From IMG/VR virus record IMGVR_UViG_3300024269_004845: a stretch of 64,000 nucleotides of DNA. One strand, written 5' to 3'. This DNA comes from a virus (taxonomy: Duplodnaviria; Caudoviricetes). The notes under the pieces were generated by a model that searched no databases, was not told the origin of the DNA, and saw nothing but the letters and a program-made list of their open reading frames with translations. Shown here piece after piece: positions 39,661 to 49,912 of this stretch (the stretch's first letter is position 1; the number at the start of each line of letters is the position of its first letter). The translations under genes were made by a program, and so were the position numbers.

Positions 39661-39773
39661 GCGCAAGCGAACAAAATAATTTACTTATATTAATGATAAC
39701 ACAAAATATCGAAAAAAGAAATGCACATAACATATAAAATTTGTTACGTGCATTTATATATTTTTGTTATGTT

Positions 39774-41474
39774 TTATTTTTGGTTCCTTTGTTCTTGCCA
39801 GATACTATATGCATCGGGATATTCTTCAAGAACAGACTCATCAATAATGAAATTTCCATACTCGTCATAGTGACCTGTAATCTTAATACCACCTTGTTCT
39901 TCAATTAAGACTTCTGGCCTTACATAATCACCAATCTCGTTTCTAACAAGCAATACGCCGTCGCTATCAACTAATTCGCCTTTGGAATTATAATAATTGC
40001 CGTCTTTATTTTGTACGTATTTCACTACTTTTCCGTTGGAATCTATAATATTGTTGTATCTATCAATAAATTCACCATTTTTATTAATAGCTCTTCCTTT
40101 TTCATCAACTCTCTGTCCATACTTATTGATTCTGTCATTATTTTCATCAACGAGTTCTCCATCGCTATTAATAAAGTAATTTTCTCTATTTACCAAACGG
40201 CCATCGCTGTCGTAGTAATAATCATTAATATAAGGCTTGTTTGCTATAAAAATATCGGAATATTTTCTTTCTTGTCCTGTTGGGTCTTTTTTGATTTCTG
40301 CAAAATCACTAGAGCCAATAGAACCTATTAGAAAATAATCTTCATATGGGTTAAACAAATAAACATCTAGGTTTTTAGACAATACTTTTGTTGGTAGATA
40401 AGGAATACCAATAGTGTATAATTCTGCATAGTCATCATATCTGAAAACTCTTAGTTGGCTAAAGTTTTTATTACTAATGGTAGTTTTAAACAACGCGTAA
40501 ATGTTATTGTTTTTATCTACATACATGTGTAATGGATTTGCATATTGGATTTCAATGGCCTTATTAATATTCATATCTTTATAATCTACATTTAGAATTA
40601 AAGATTTTTCAGAACCATCACCAAAGTCACTAATTGTATAAATATTTTTATTTATACCGTCCATATATGTAGAGGTTACTGGGCGAATACTTCCATAATG
40701 TAAAGTTATTTGGTCATTTTCTATATCGTATTGTCCCATTTGAGTTTCATTAAAGAAGTAAATGTACTGAGTATTTGCAACCCAAGTATTAACATTTCCT
40801 GGAAGTTCGTATGTTGCCTTTGAAATTTTGGGGAAATTTGTAAGTTCTATATCAATTGTTGTCATATATTTATCTAAACCAGTATACCCTAAAAATTCTT
40901 TAGAATAATTCTCCATATAAACGTATGTTGCTTCTTTGCTTGTATTTACTGGGACATTTGTTGCATATGATAATTTTCCATCATCTGAAAGAATTTGTGG
41001 TCTGACATAGGAATAAATATTTGCTTTGGTTTCTGGATTATCTGTTGAATAATAAAATAATCCATTATATCCATAAATATCTTCTATATTACTTTCTTTT
41101 AAAATATAGTCTTTCATTGTTTTTAGTTCGTTTTTATAAACTAAAATCATTGTCATTTTTCTGGAAGTCTTATCTACGGCATATAATATGCGAGGCACAT
41201 TTTCGACTCCTTCTAATTGGCTACTATAAAGATTTCCTTCATCCATTGCATAAATATATTCACTTTCTTCGCCGCCGTTCAAATCTATTTCGGAAACAAC
41301 ATTACTTAGGTCGTCAAACATTGTAACAATTCCGTTTTCCGTTGTTAAAATATAATCTCCATTTCTAACAACTTCTGTAACTACATCTTGTTTCTGAGAA
41401 GTAGATGAACAACCTGTTAATATAGAAAAAATTGTACATATTACTAACAAAAGAGATACTCTTTTCTTTATCAT
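39774..41474 (-). CDS. Lipoprotein, beta-rich, with C-terminal 7-residue (D/N)xxG repeats
   Basis: Lipobox LTGC; DSDGRLV-NRENYFI-NSDGELV-DENNDRI-NKYGQRV-DEKGRAI-NKNGEFI. Confidence 0.75.
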   Translation of the reverse strand: MIKKRVSLLLVICTIFSILTGCSSTSQKQDVVTEVVRNGDYILTTENGIVTMFDDLSNVVSEIDLNGGEESEYIYAMDEGNLYSSQLEGVENVPRILYAVDKTSRKMTMILVYKNELKTMKDYILKESNIEDIYGYNGLFYYSTDNPETKANIYSYVRPQILSDDGKLSYATNVPVNTSKEATYVYMENYSKEFLGYTGLDKYMTTIDIELTNFPKISKATYELPGNVNTWVANTQYIYFFNETQMGQYDIENDQITLHYGSIRPVTSTYMDGINKNIYTISDFGDGSEKSLILNVDYKDMNINKAIEIQYANPLHMYVDKNNNIYALFKTTISNKNFSQLRVFRYDDYAELYTIGIPYLPTKVLSKNLDVYLFNPYEDYFLIGSIGSSDFAEIKKDPTGQERKYSDIFIANKPYINDYYYDSDGRLVNRENYFINSDGELVDENNDRINKYGQRVDEKGRAINKNGEFIDRYNNIIDSNGKVVKYVQNKDGNYYNSKGELVDSDGVLLVRNEIGDYVRPEVLIEEQGGIKITGHYDEYGNFIIDESVLEEYPDAYSIWQEQRNQK

Positions 41475-41561
41475 TATTAAGCCCTCCGTTTCTCAAATCT
41501 TCTTAAATAATATATTTTACGATATTTTTATATATTATATTAAAAAGGAGTGATTTATAAA

Positions 41562-42239
41562 ATGCGTATTTTAGGTATTGACCAGGGGATAGCCAATATG
41601 GGATATTCTATTCTCGAAGATGATAAACTTATTACATATGGTTGTATAAATACAACTAGCAAAGATTTTTTAGAAGAACGTTTTTTTATTATTTATTCTA
41701 GAATTAAAAAAATTATTGAAGAATATAAACCAGAAGTTATCTGCTGTGAAAAATTGTTTTATACTTCTCCGAAGGAAGGAAATAGAAATAAGTCTGCATC
41801 TATTATATACACAAATATGATTACTGGGGTTTTGGCTGCGTTATGTGGAGAATTCGAAATTGAATTAAGAATGTTTGTTCCAAGCAAGGTCAAAAAAGCA
41901 GTGTGTGATAATGGCAAAGCAGAAAAAGATGAAATGATTACAAAAATTAAATCTTTATACACTGTAGAATCTGACAAAACAAAATATGAACACGTTTGTG
42001 ACTCTATTGCGATTGCTTTCACTTGTTATGTTGAGAACAAAGAAAATCCAGAAATAAGAGCTGAATTTGAAAATAATAAAAACCTTAAAATTAAAAGAGT
42101 AACTGAGGATGAAATTAGAAGATTAAATAAAATCGATAAAGAACGCAAAAAGTTAAAAAGAGAGATTGAGAGAAAAAGAAAAAAGGCTGAAAAGTTAAAA
42201 ATACAACAAGAAAAAGCATTAAAACGGCGTAAAAACTAA
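41562..42239 (+). CDS. ruvC: Holliday junction resolvase RuvC with basic C-terminal extension
   Basis: ILGIDQG, CCEKLFY, KVKKAV..GKAEK, HVCDSIAIA. Confidence 0.88.
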   Translation: MRILGIDQGIANMGYSILEDDKLITYGCINTTSKDFLEERFFIIYSRIKKIIEEYKPEVICCEKLFYTSPKEGNRNKSASIIYTNMITGVLAALCGEFEIELRMFVPSKVKKAVCDNGKAEKDEMITKIKSLYTVESDKTKYEHVCDSIAIAFTCYVENKENPEIRAEFENNKNLKIKRVTEDEIRRLNKIDKERKKLKREIERKRKKAEKLKIQQEKALKRRKN

Positions 42240-42329
42240 AAATTTTCTATTGGTAAAAAAGACTAAAATTATATTCAAATGCATTTGTTAATATAATTAC
42301 AATAGATAATTTTTTATCTGAAAGGAGCT

Positions 42330-42830
42330 TTGTTTATTATGACTTTACATGAAGAAAAAGTATTTCACGCATTATATTCTTGTGGAGCTATTACAAAGAA
42401 CACAATCAGAAAATTGGGTGGAGATGAAGATACCATTATTTCTTTAATGGATAAAAAGTTAATTAAAAAAGAAAAAATGGATATAGATAGTAAAAGTATC
42501 GCTGTCTATAAATTTACCAAGCAGGGGGAAAAAGCTTATATAGATAAGTTTGGTAAAAAACATTTTTATCGTTGTTCTAATCTTAGAAAAGCTGCAGAGC
42601 TTGGATATTTTTATGCTTCTTTAACTGACGAAGAAAAAAATAGTTGGAAGAGTAAGGATGAATTATCTCAGGAGATGCGTTGTTCTATGTATCCCGATTC
42701 TATTTTTAACAAGGGTGGAATCCCTTGTGGTGTGTTTGTTGTAAAAAGTGAAGATGTTGACGAGAAATTGCCAGAATATAAGCAATTTGCAAAAGAACAA
42801 AAAATTAAAATTATTTTAAAACGAATTTAA
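42330..42830 (+). CDS. Small wHTH + PD-type protein (Replic_Relax-like)
   Basis: LMDKKLIKKE...VYKFTKQG...YPDSIF. Confidence 0.45.
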   Translation: MFIMTLHEEKVFHALYSCGAITKNTIRKLGGDEDTIISLMDKKLIKKEKMDIDSKSIAVYKFTKQGEKAYIDKFGKKHFYRCSNLRKAAELGYFYASLTDEEKNSWKSKDELSQEMRCSMYPDSIFNKGGIPCGVFVVKSEDVDEKLPEYKQFAKEQKIKIILKRI

Positions 42831-42843
42831 GGAGGGGAATAAT

Positions 42844-43086
42844 ATGAAAGATACAGGTGTTGTACGCAAGATTGACCCACTTGGCAGATTAGTTATTCCC
42901 AAAGAGTTGAGAAAGGCTTTAGGGCTTGGGACTAACGAACCTGTTCAAATTTACGTAGAAGGAAATCGTATCTGTGTAGAAAAGTACAATAAGGCTTGTC
43001 TTATTTGTGGGAGCACAAAAGATGTATTTCCCATTAAGGATAAAAATATTTGTGCTGAGTGCGCAGAATTGATTAAGGAAATCTAA
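42844..43086 (+). CDS. abrB: AbrB-family transition-state regulator with C-terminal Zn ribbon
   Basis: TGVVRKIDPLGRLVIPKELRKALG; CLICG...CAEC. Confidence 0.9.
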   Translation: MKDTGVVRKIDPLGRLVIPKELRKALGLGTNEPVQIYVEGNRICVEKYNKACLICGSTKDVFPIKDKNICAECAELIKEI

Positions 43087-43087
43087 T

Positions 43088-43798
43088 ATGTTTGTATTGC
43101 TGCGAGATTATTTAAGGAAATTAGAAGGAAAAACAAAAAATGAAAAGAAAGAAGAAATAGTTTCCGAAAAAGAATCATCTATTAAAGATGATATGGAGGA
43201 TAATCTTGTAGATGAATCCGATAAACAAGAGAAAGAGAAAGAACAAGAGCAGGAACAAGTTAGAAAAAAGACCCGAATAGAAATTATAAAAGAACGGAAA
43301 AGAGAAGAAAAATTAAAGAAGAAAGAGAAAAAAAGACGTAAAAAAAAGCCAATTACGGTTTATTCTGTTCTTTTGTTATTAATATTTATTGTCGTTTTTG
43401 TATCTAGAATTTGTTTATTAACATCGTCTGAAACTTACATATTAAATGGACAAATAATTTATAGTTCGAAACTTAATAAATACGTTATTAACTACGATAT
43501 AGAAGAGTTGTGGAATGATAATAAGCTGGCTCTCAATGAGAAAGTTTGCATTCCTCAAGATTATACAAAAGATAGGGCAGCAATTAAAGATTATCCTGGA
43601 GAGTGTGTTCCTGGAGTAATTGTAGAAGCAAGCAATAAGGTTAAAATCAAATATGATTTACCAAAATATATGACGTATGATGAATTAAAATTATTTGTTA
43701 TTAATGGGTCTTTTGGCCAGACGATAAATCGAGTAAAAATTGAAATAAAAAAATGGGGAGATTTATATCAGATAACAAAAATCTATCCCATGAATTAA
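43088..43798 (+). CDS. Single-pass membrane protein
   Basis: Charged N-terminus then TM; terminator at 43797-43830. Confidence 0.7.
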   Translation: MFVLLRDYLRKLEGKTKNEKKEEIVSEKESSIKDDMEDNLVDESDKQEKEKEQEQEQVRKKTRIEIIKERKREEKLKKKEKKRRKKKPITVYSVLLLLIFIVVFVSRICLLTSSETYILNGQIIYSSKLNKYVINYDIEELWNDNKLALNEKVCIPQDYTKDRAAIKDYPGECVPGVIVEASNKVKIKYDLPKYMTYDELKLFVINGSFGQTINRVKIEIKKWGDLYQITKIYPMN

Positions 43799-43836
43799 AA
43801 AAGACGAATCTGAAAGATTCGTCTTTTTTTGTTGTA

Positions 43837-44766
43837 TTAAAATTCCAAACTTCCTAGTGCTGTAATCATTGTAGGGATAGCGATAACGGCCATGTTACAA
43901 AGTAGCATAGGCATCTGAATCATTGTCGCCAATGTTTTTCTACCGCTAATTTTAATTAGGAACTGGTCCTTTTGCATTTGTGCAACTTTATCTGCTTGAG
44001 CAGCGAATGCGTCTTTTGCATCGCCACCTTGTTCCATTGTTAATTTAACAAGAGATACGAATTCTCTAACTTCGAACATATTTACCGTATTAGACATAAC
44101 GTCAAGAGCAGCAGTAGTTCCTTTTGTATTACAGTCAAGAATAAATTGATTAATTACAGGTTTCCAGTCGTCAGAAACATATCTAACACTATTTTCCATG
44201 GCTCTTACCAAGTCCATACCTGCAACAAGGTAACCAGAAATAATTCTTACTAAGTCTGGGAAATACTTAAATAAAGCTTCGTTTTTACCTTTAACTTCTG
44301 CTTTAAACATGTAGTCTAACAAGAAAGAACATCCCGCAAAAACAACAGCTCCTGCAGCAATCATATATCCACCCATGGTAGCTAATAATAGTCCTAATAT
44401 CACACCAATAATTCTTAGAATTAAATTAGTTGCGATATAAGATTCTGCTGTAAAAGTATCATCCCAAGCAATAAATTTAATATCTTTATCTAATTGTTCT
44501 ACATTTTCAATTCTTAAACTAGGTAATAGTTTTTGTAACTTAGGGAATAAGTCACTTCTAATACTTGCAGTTAAATCATTAATAGTGTCAACTGTTGCGG
44601 CTGAGTCTTTTTTAACGCCTTTACTGAATTGTTTTAGACGACTCTTAGTTACTGAGCTGTCTAATGTAGTACCAATTAAATCAATAAATGTTTTTGCTGC
44701 GGACAAAATCAGAATTAACATACCAGCAATAAAGATAATATTGGCAACTGTCATATTTATTTCCAT
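43837..44766 (-). CDS. tadC: TadC-like pilus assembly membrane protein (T2SS-F domain)
   Basis: FPDLVRIISGYLVAGMDL..AM...GG....F..QA; paired with tadB. Confidence 0.78.
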   Translation of the reverse strand: MEINMTVANIIFIAGMLILILSAAKTFIDLIGTTLDSSVTKSRLKQFSKGVKKDSAATVDTINDLTASIRSDLFPKLQKLLPSLRIENVEQLDKDIKFIAWDDTFTAESYIATNLILRIIGVILGLLLATMGGYMIAAGAVVFAGCSFLLDYMFKAEVKGKNEALFKYFPDLVRIISGYLVAGMDLVRAMENSVRYVSDDWKPVINQFILDCNTKGTTAALDVMSNTVNMFEVREFVSLVKLTMEQGGDAKDAFAAQADKVAQMQKDQFLIKISGRKTLATMIQMPMLLCNMAVIAIPTMITALGSLEF

Positions 44767-44782
44767 ATTGTTAATTCCTCCT

Positions 44783-45727
44783 TTACTTTAGTGGGGCACC
44801 GATTTTATTATTAATAAACCAAATGACGCCCATAATAATTCCAAACAACGCAGCAACCATTATTTGGCCAGTTAGTTGGTTTAATAAGAAATCAGAATAA
44901 CCATCCATTGATATAAATCCAAAACAAGCGAATAGAGGAACAGTTAAAACAAGGATATAAGAGTCCTTAACGGGTTCTGAAATTTCTCTTTTTAGCATCT
45001 GTCTAAGCTGTCTATCTTCTTCGTACTGTAAATATGCTTGGCCCAATAGATTTTCTCTAGCTTCTTGGGTACCAATTGCAGAAGAAATTTTATAGAAGTC
45101 TGAAAAACGTTCCAAAAATTTGTTGTCGCATCTTTCTGCCAAATTATCCAATGCTTTTTCAACAGTTACGTTAGCTTCCATTTCTGCACAGGTGAGTTTT
45201 AATTCGGTATACATTGGTTCCATACCTTTGAACTCATTCTTTGTCATATTCATTGCTTTAGAAAAGTCTTTGGTGCTAAGATATCTTTTAATTACCATCT
45301 GCATCATTGGGCCTATTTGTTTTTCAAGTTCTCCAACTCTTTTATTTCTTAAAAATGTAATTACTTGGGACGGTATCATAGGTCCAACAAGAATCATTTC
45401 TACTGCCAAAAAAGGATTTCCAATTACAACAAATGTAAATATACACAATACAATGGCGCAAATGACCTTTAGTAAAAACAATTCATGATATTTTAGATTT
45501 AAGCCTGCCTGACGGCACATCTTTTCAACGGCATTTCTTTTTGAATATTTTGTTTTTTCTGCAGCAGTCTTTTCTAATTTTTTCATAAAAGACTCGGACT
45601 CGTTGCCCATGTCTCTAGCTTGGCTTTTTCTAAAATTTTCAGAAAAGTCTGTCTTGCTAAAAGTATTAAAAATAGTTAAGGCTATGAATATTAACACATA
45701 TATCATAGGACTTATTGGTTGACTCAT
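44783..45727 (-). CDS. tadB: TadB-like pilus assembly membrane protein
   Basis: T2SS-F pattern (ALDNLAER; FL.....GQIM). Confidence 0.78.
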   Translation of the reverse strand: MSQPISPMIYVLIFIALTIFNTFSKTDFSENFRKSQARDMGNESESFMKKLEKTAAEKTKYSKRNAVEKMCRQAGLNLKYHELFLLKVICAIVLCIFTFVVIGNPFLAVEMILVGPMIPSQVITFLRNKRVGELEKQIGPMMQMVIKRYLSTKDFSKAMNMTKNEFKGMEPMYTELKLTCAEMEANVTVEKALDNLAERCDNKFLERFSDFYKISSAIGTQEARENLLGQAYLQYEEDRQLRQMLKREISEPVKDSYILVLTVPLFACFGFISMDGYSDFLLNQLTGQIMVAALFGIIMGVIWFINNKIGAPLK

Positions 45728-45963
45728 TCAATACTCCTCCTCGCTATCAAAACTTAGTATTTATCTCTATTATATTGGAAAGAGAAATAAAATAATGAAT
45801 TATATCGGCTTAGAACAAAAATATAGTAAAGAAAATACTCTTATATATTCTACAAAACATTTTCATTTTTCATAATATAAAAAAGCCTTGTTAAATGGTT
45901 TTTATGTGATGATTAGGGATAAAGAACTATATAATATAATTAGCAAAGAAAGGAGTTGAAATC

Positions 45964-47235
45964 GTGGCTAAAAGAGTTGAAAAAGTAATGAATGAATATA
46001 GCGATAGAGATTTTCAAGCATTGTTGTCTATATATAATTTTAGATGTTTGTCCATGAATCAATTGTTTGATTTACATTATAGATTTTCTGGGAAAAAGGA
46101 AGTGACTTCTGAGTATTTAAGAAAAAAGATTATTAAAATGAAGAAGGATAATCTAATTGAAGAATCTAGGCTTGTAAGTAAGAAGGCTCCTGTTGTCTAT
46201 TTTTTAACAAATGACGGAATCCAAGCCGTTCGCATGTATTTTAATTTGTCTAATAATATATATGATACTAAGAAGAGAATTCATGAAAGAGGATATTATA
46301 CTTATTCTGAAATAAAAGTGGCAGATAGATTTATTCCACATCAATATAACTTGAATCAATTTGCTTTGACTTCTATTGATTACTTAAAAAGTAAAGATAT
46401 TGGATACTCATATGTTGATGAAAGACATGTTTCTCAAACATATGGAATTCGACCAGATGGGATTTTATCGACTTTGGGGTTAGATATATTTTTAGAAATG
46501 GATATGGGAACCGAATCATTGTCTCAGTTGAAAGAAAAATGGAATCATTATAGGAGTTATTTAGGGTCTCAAAGCTATATAGATAATGGGAAAAAGATTA
46601 TTATATTTTTCATTTGTTATAATAAAGGCAATATTACGGAAAGAATTAAAGTCATAAAAAATTCATTAAATGAGCATTTTATAGATTGTTTAAAAGAAGT
46701 TGAAGTGTATGTGGGATTACCAGAAAAATTAATGTCGGTATTAAAAAACATAATTGTTCCTTTTTACACGACTGGCAAAAGTGAAATGTATGAAGAATTA
46801 ATTACCAATATTAAACGACATGAATTTAAAGTTGCTTCTGGTATTCAAATGGCAAAATATTTAGACAATACAAATTATACATTTTATATTAAAAATGAAG
46901 ATGGGAAAGATTTTTTAGTTCATGAATTTTTTGGAGAACCTATCGGTGCTATGAACAGAGTCGTTTTCCATGAAAAAATTAATAATTTATTTGAGAAAAA
47001 ATTTAATAAATCTTTGCCATTACTTTTGATTGGAACAAACGAAGATACAATAATTGAAAATATAGATTTATTTGTTGTTTCTGATATCCCAAATGTATAT
47101 TTTTCTACATTAAAAAGGTTGAATACTATGCCTTTTAATGAAGCATTATTTAAAATAATGCCAGATGGTAGTATTTATTCATTCACTGAAGACTTTCAAA
47201 ATATAAAACAAACGGAGAAAATAAATAAAAAATAA
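45964..47235 (+). CDS. Replication-relaxation (Replic_Relax) family protein
   Basis: RDFQALLSIYNFRCLSMNQL, VYFLTNDG, PHQY, IRPDG, FLEMDMGTES..QL.EK...Y. Confidence 0.82.
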   Translation: MAKRVEKVMNEYSDRDFQALLSIYNFRCLSMNQLFDLHYRFSGKKEVTSEYLRKKIIKMKKDNLIEESRLVSKKAPVVYFLTNDGIQAVRMYFNLSNNIYDTKKRIHERGYYTYSEIKVADRFIPHQYNLNQFALTSIDYLKSKDIGYSYVDERHVSQTYGIRPDGILSTLGLDIFLEMDMGTESLSQLKEKWNHYRSYLGSQSYIDNGKKIIIFFICYNKGNITERIKVIKNSLNEHFIDCLKEVEVYVGLPEKLMSVLKNIIVPFYTTGKSEMYEELITNIKRHEFKVASGIQMAKYLDNTNYTFYIKNEDGKDFLVHEFFGEPIGAMNRVVFHEKINNLFEKKFNKSLPLLLIGTNEDTIIENIDLFVVSDIPNVYFSTLKRLNTMPFNEALFKIMPDGSIYSFTEDFQNIKQTEKINKK

Positions 47236-47305
47236 TTTATATTGTCGGGGTTCATCCCGACAATATTTTTTGTTACCAAAAAATCTTTGTAATGCTTGAA
47301 ATTGC

Positions 47306-47334
47306 TTGACTTTGTATTAATAATGTGATATTTT
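47306..47334 (+). promoter_or_regulatory. Promoter of secY-secE
   Basis: TTGACT-17-TATTTT with TG; follows terminator 47239-47266. Confidence 0.5.
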
Positions 47335-47417
47335 GTATATGTAACAGTAATGACATTCTTGCTATTATAAGCGGGAATGTTTATTTATTAAGTTAGTGTT
47401 TAGAGAGGAGTTTATTT

Positions 47418-48761
47418 ATGTTTAGTAGTACTAATGTAAAAATGTTAAACAAAAACAAATATAAGACAACCGAAAAAACATTGGCTCAAAAGATATTTTT
47501 TACGTCAATGATTTTAGTAATTCTTCAATTTTTATCTCAAATTCCTATTTGGGGGATAAACCGAGATTTAATTAGTTTTTGGTTAAATAGCGACATGAGT
47601 GGTATTTTTGGAATATTTAATATTTTTTCTGGTATGTCGTTTGAGAATCTTTCATTCTTTGCTTTAGGTATTGCGCCATATATTAGCGCATCAATTATTT
47701 TGCAATTATTGAGAGTTGCAATTACTCCTTTGGACCAGATGTGTAAAGACGCACAAAATGAAAAGAAGTTTGTAGAAAAAATTACTTATGGGTTTGCAAT
47801 TATTATTGGTATTTTACAAGTGATTCCTTTGGTGATGAATTTTTCGACTAGCGGTTTATTGGTTAATAACAGTTTTTCTTGTAAGCTTTTAGTTGGTGCT
47901 TCCATCTTATTCGGTAGTGCGATAATGATTGCTTTAGGCAAGATAATTGAAAATAAGGGGATTGGTAATGGTATTTCATTAATATTGTTAATGAATATCT
48001 TGTCATCTATGCGTGGTGACTTCATAAATATTTATAATACTTTTATTTACAATAACGAAATTACAACTATTATTTTAACTGTTTTGATTGCTGTACTGGT
48101 CCTGACATTTTCTTTTGTTTCCGTTATTTATCTGTGTGAAGGGAAGAAAGATATAAAGGTTACTTTTTCTGGTAAAATGCATGGCGGGAAAATGGTTAAA
48201 TCTGCAGATAATATTATTCCCCTAAAGGTTAATATGTCTGGTGTTATGCCAGTTATTTTCGCATCTACATTAATTCAATTGATTCCTATGATTACTGCCA
48301 TACTAAATGTTTCTGAAACTAGTATCTTGAACGAAATTTCAAAATATTTTAATCAAATATATTGGTTTGATTTTTCGAATATCCAATATACTTTTGGTAT
48401 CTTAATTTATTTTGTATTGATTGTCTTTTTTTCTTATTTTTATAATATGATATCTTTCAGTTCAAAAGATATCGCTGACAATCTTAACAAGCAAGGTGGA
48501 ACAATTGCAGGTATTAGGCCAGGTAAATCAACTAAAGAGTATTTAGATGGGCAAATTAAGTATATGGTATTATTAGGTTCGTTAATGTTAATTATTATTT
48601 CTATTATTCCAATGATTATTGGTGGAGTAATCAACATTAACTTAGCTTTTGGGGGAACATCTATTATTATTGTAGTAAGCGTATTAATTGAAACTTATAA
48701 AACAATTAAATTGGAAAAACAGAGAGAAACTGTTGCTCCTAGAAGATATAGCGTATTTTAA
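47418..48761 (+). CDS. secY: Preprotein translocase SecY (divergent, stand-alone)
   Basis: About 10 TMs; ALGIAPYISASIILQLL, GIGNGISL, IPLKVNMSGVMPVIFA, GIRPG, GGTSIIIVV. Confidence 0.93.
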   Translation: MFSSTNVKMLNKNKYKTTEKTLAQKIFFTSMILVILQFLSQIPIWGINRDLISFWLNSDMSGIFGIFNIFSGMSFENLSFFALGIAPYISASIILQLLRVAITPLDQMCKDAQNEKKFVEKITYGFAIIIGILQVIPLVMNFSTSGLLVNNSFSCKLLVGASILFGSAIMIALGKIIENKGIGNGISLILLMNILSSMRGDFINIYNTFIYNNEITTIILTVLIAVLVLTFSFVSVIYLCEGKKDIKVTFSGKMHGGKMVKSADNIIPLKVNMSGVMPVIFASTLIQLIPMITAILNVSETSILNEISKYFNQIYWFDFSNIQYTFGILIYFVLIVFFSYFYNMISFSSKDIADNLNKQGGTIAGIRPGKSTKEYLDGQIKYMVLLGSLMLIIISIIPMIIGGVININLAFGGTSIIIVVSVLIETYKTIKLEKQRETVAPRRYSVF

Positions 48762-48774
48762 GGGGGAAAACAAT

Positions 48775-48936
48775 ATGTTTAAGAAATTAAAAAATGAAAT
48801 TAACAGAATTAAATGGCCTGACAAATGGTTACTTGCTGAAGATTTAAAAGTTGTCTGTATTGGAGTGATTGGTTTAATACTTGCAATATCTATTATTGAT
48901 TGGCTTTCTAAGTTAACGCTTGGATTAATATTTTAA
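48775..48936 (+). CDS. secE: Preprotein translocase SecE
   Basis: 53 aa; EINRIKWP motif then single TM ending IDW; RBS; terminator at 48945-48975. Confidence 0.8.
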   Translation: MFKKLKNEINRIKWPDKWLLAEDLKVVCIGVIGLILAISIIDWLSKLTLGLIF

Positions 48937-49118
48937 AACTAGTGTAATGGCTCGAGATTATTTCTCGAGCCATTATTATTTGTTTTTCTTTAGACATTTT
49001 GTCAAACAATTCTTCTATTTAATTATATCTCATATAACATTATAATGAAATTATGAAATAATTTTTTATATGATTTTTTTACAAAAAATAATAAATAACA
49101 AGGAGATGCAAAAATAAT

Positions 49119-49886
49119 ATGAAAAAGATTCTTTCGACTGTTTTATGCTTGGTTATGATATTAAGTCTAGGCGTTACTGCGTTTGCAGAAACAAATGAAT
49201 TTGTTCTTACTTATAGCAATGAAGCCAGCTATGAGATTTCTATACCTGAAAGTGGGAACATAGATGTTACTAATGGTAAAGGTACTATTACCATTGGAGT
49301 AACAGAAACTAATTTAGCAGATGGAACTGTTGTTAGTGTTACTGCTACTTCTGCCAATTATACTGATGATTCTTGGTATTTAGTTAATACTAAAGATAGT
49401 AGTGACAAGATGGCTTATACTGTTGGTACTACTGATGGTGGTAGTGATGTAGCAAGTGGTGATGAAGTTTTATCTGCTGATAGTGCTACCTCTACTACTC
49501 TTTATGTAACACTAAGTGATACAAGCAAGATTGGTACTTTTACAGATACTATTACTTTTACTAGTGAGATTGAAGCGGCTATGGTTACTGTGATAGTCAA
49601 TGAAATCGATACTAGCTATGCGGAGCTTTATGTAAAAGGTGATGACAATATGTTATACGGGGGCACTTATCAGTTCCCAGTTGGAACAATTTTAGAGTGT
49701 TGGATAAGTGACTGGAGTGATGATAGTGATTATGATGGTATCGTTATAAATGGAAGCTGGATAATGGGTGCTGGACATAATAGTAGCATAACTTATGACT
49801 ATATCCTTACTAAAAATGTAACAATTGATGTGGGGGCTGATGTGCTTGGTTATGAAGAAGGTCGTATTGAGATAACTGAACAATAA
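49119..49886 (+). CDS. Secreted Thr/Ser/Asp-rich beta protein
   Basis: Signal peptide ending AFA; GTFTDTITFT (WxL/pilin-like end strand). Confidence 0.7.
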   Translation: MKKILSTVLCLVMILSLGVTAFAETNEFVLTYSNEASYEISIPESGNIDVTNGKGTITIGVTETNLADGTVVSVTATSANYTDDSWYLVNTKDSSDKMAYTVGTTDGGSDVASGDEVLSADSATSTTLYVTLSDTSKIGTFTDTITFTSEIEAAMVTVIVNEIDTSYAELYVKGDDNMLYGGTYQFPVGTILECWISDWSDDSDYDGIVINGSWIMGAGHNSSITYDYILTKNVTIDVGADVLGYEEGRIEITEQ

Positions 49887-49912
49887 TATACTTAAATTAT
49901 AATGTCTATATA

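Noticed and set aside
47418-48761. Accessory SecY2/SecA2 locus
   Set aside because: No secA2, asp genes, glycosyltransferases or serine-rich repeat substrate nearby; paired with secE instead.
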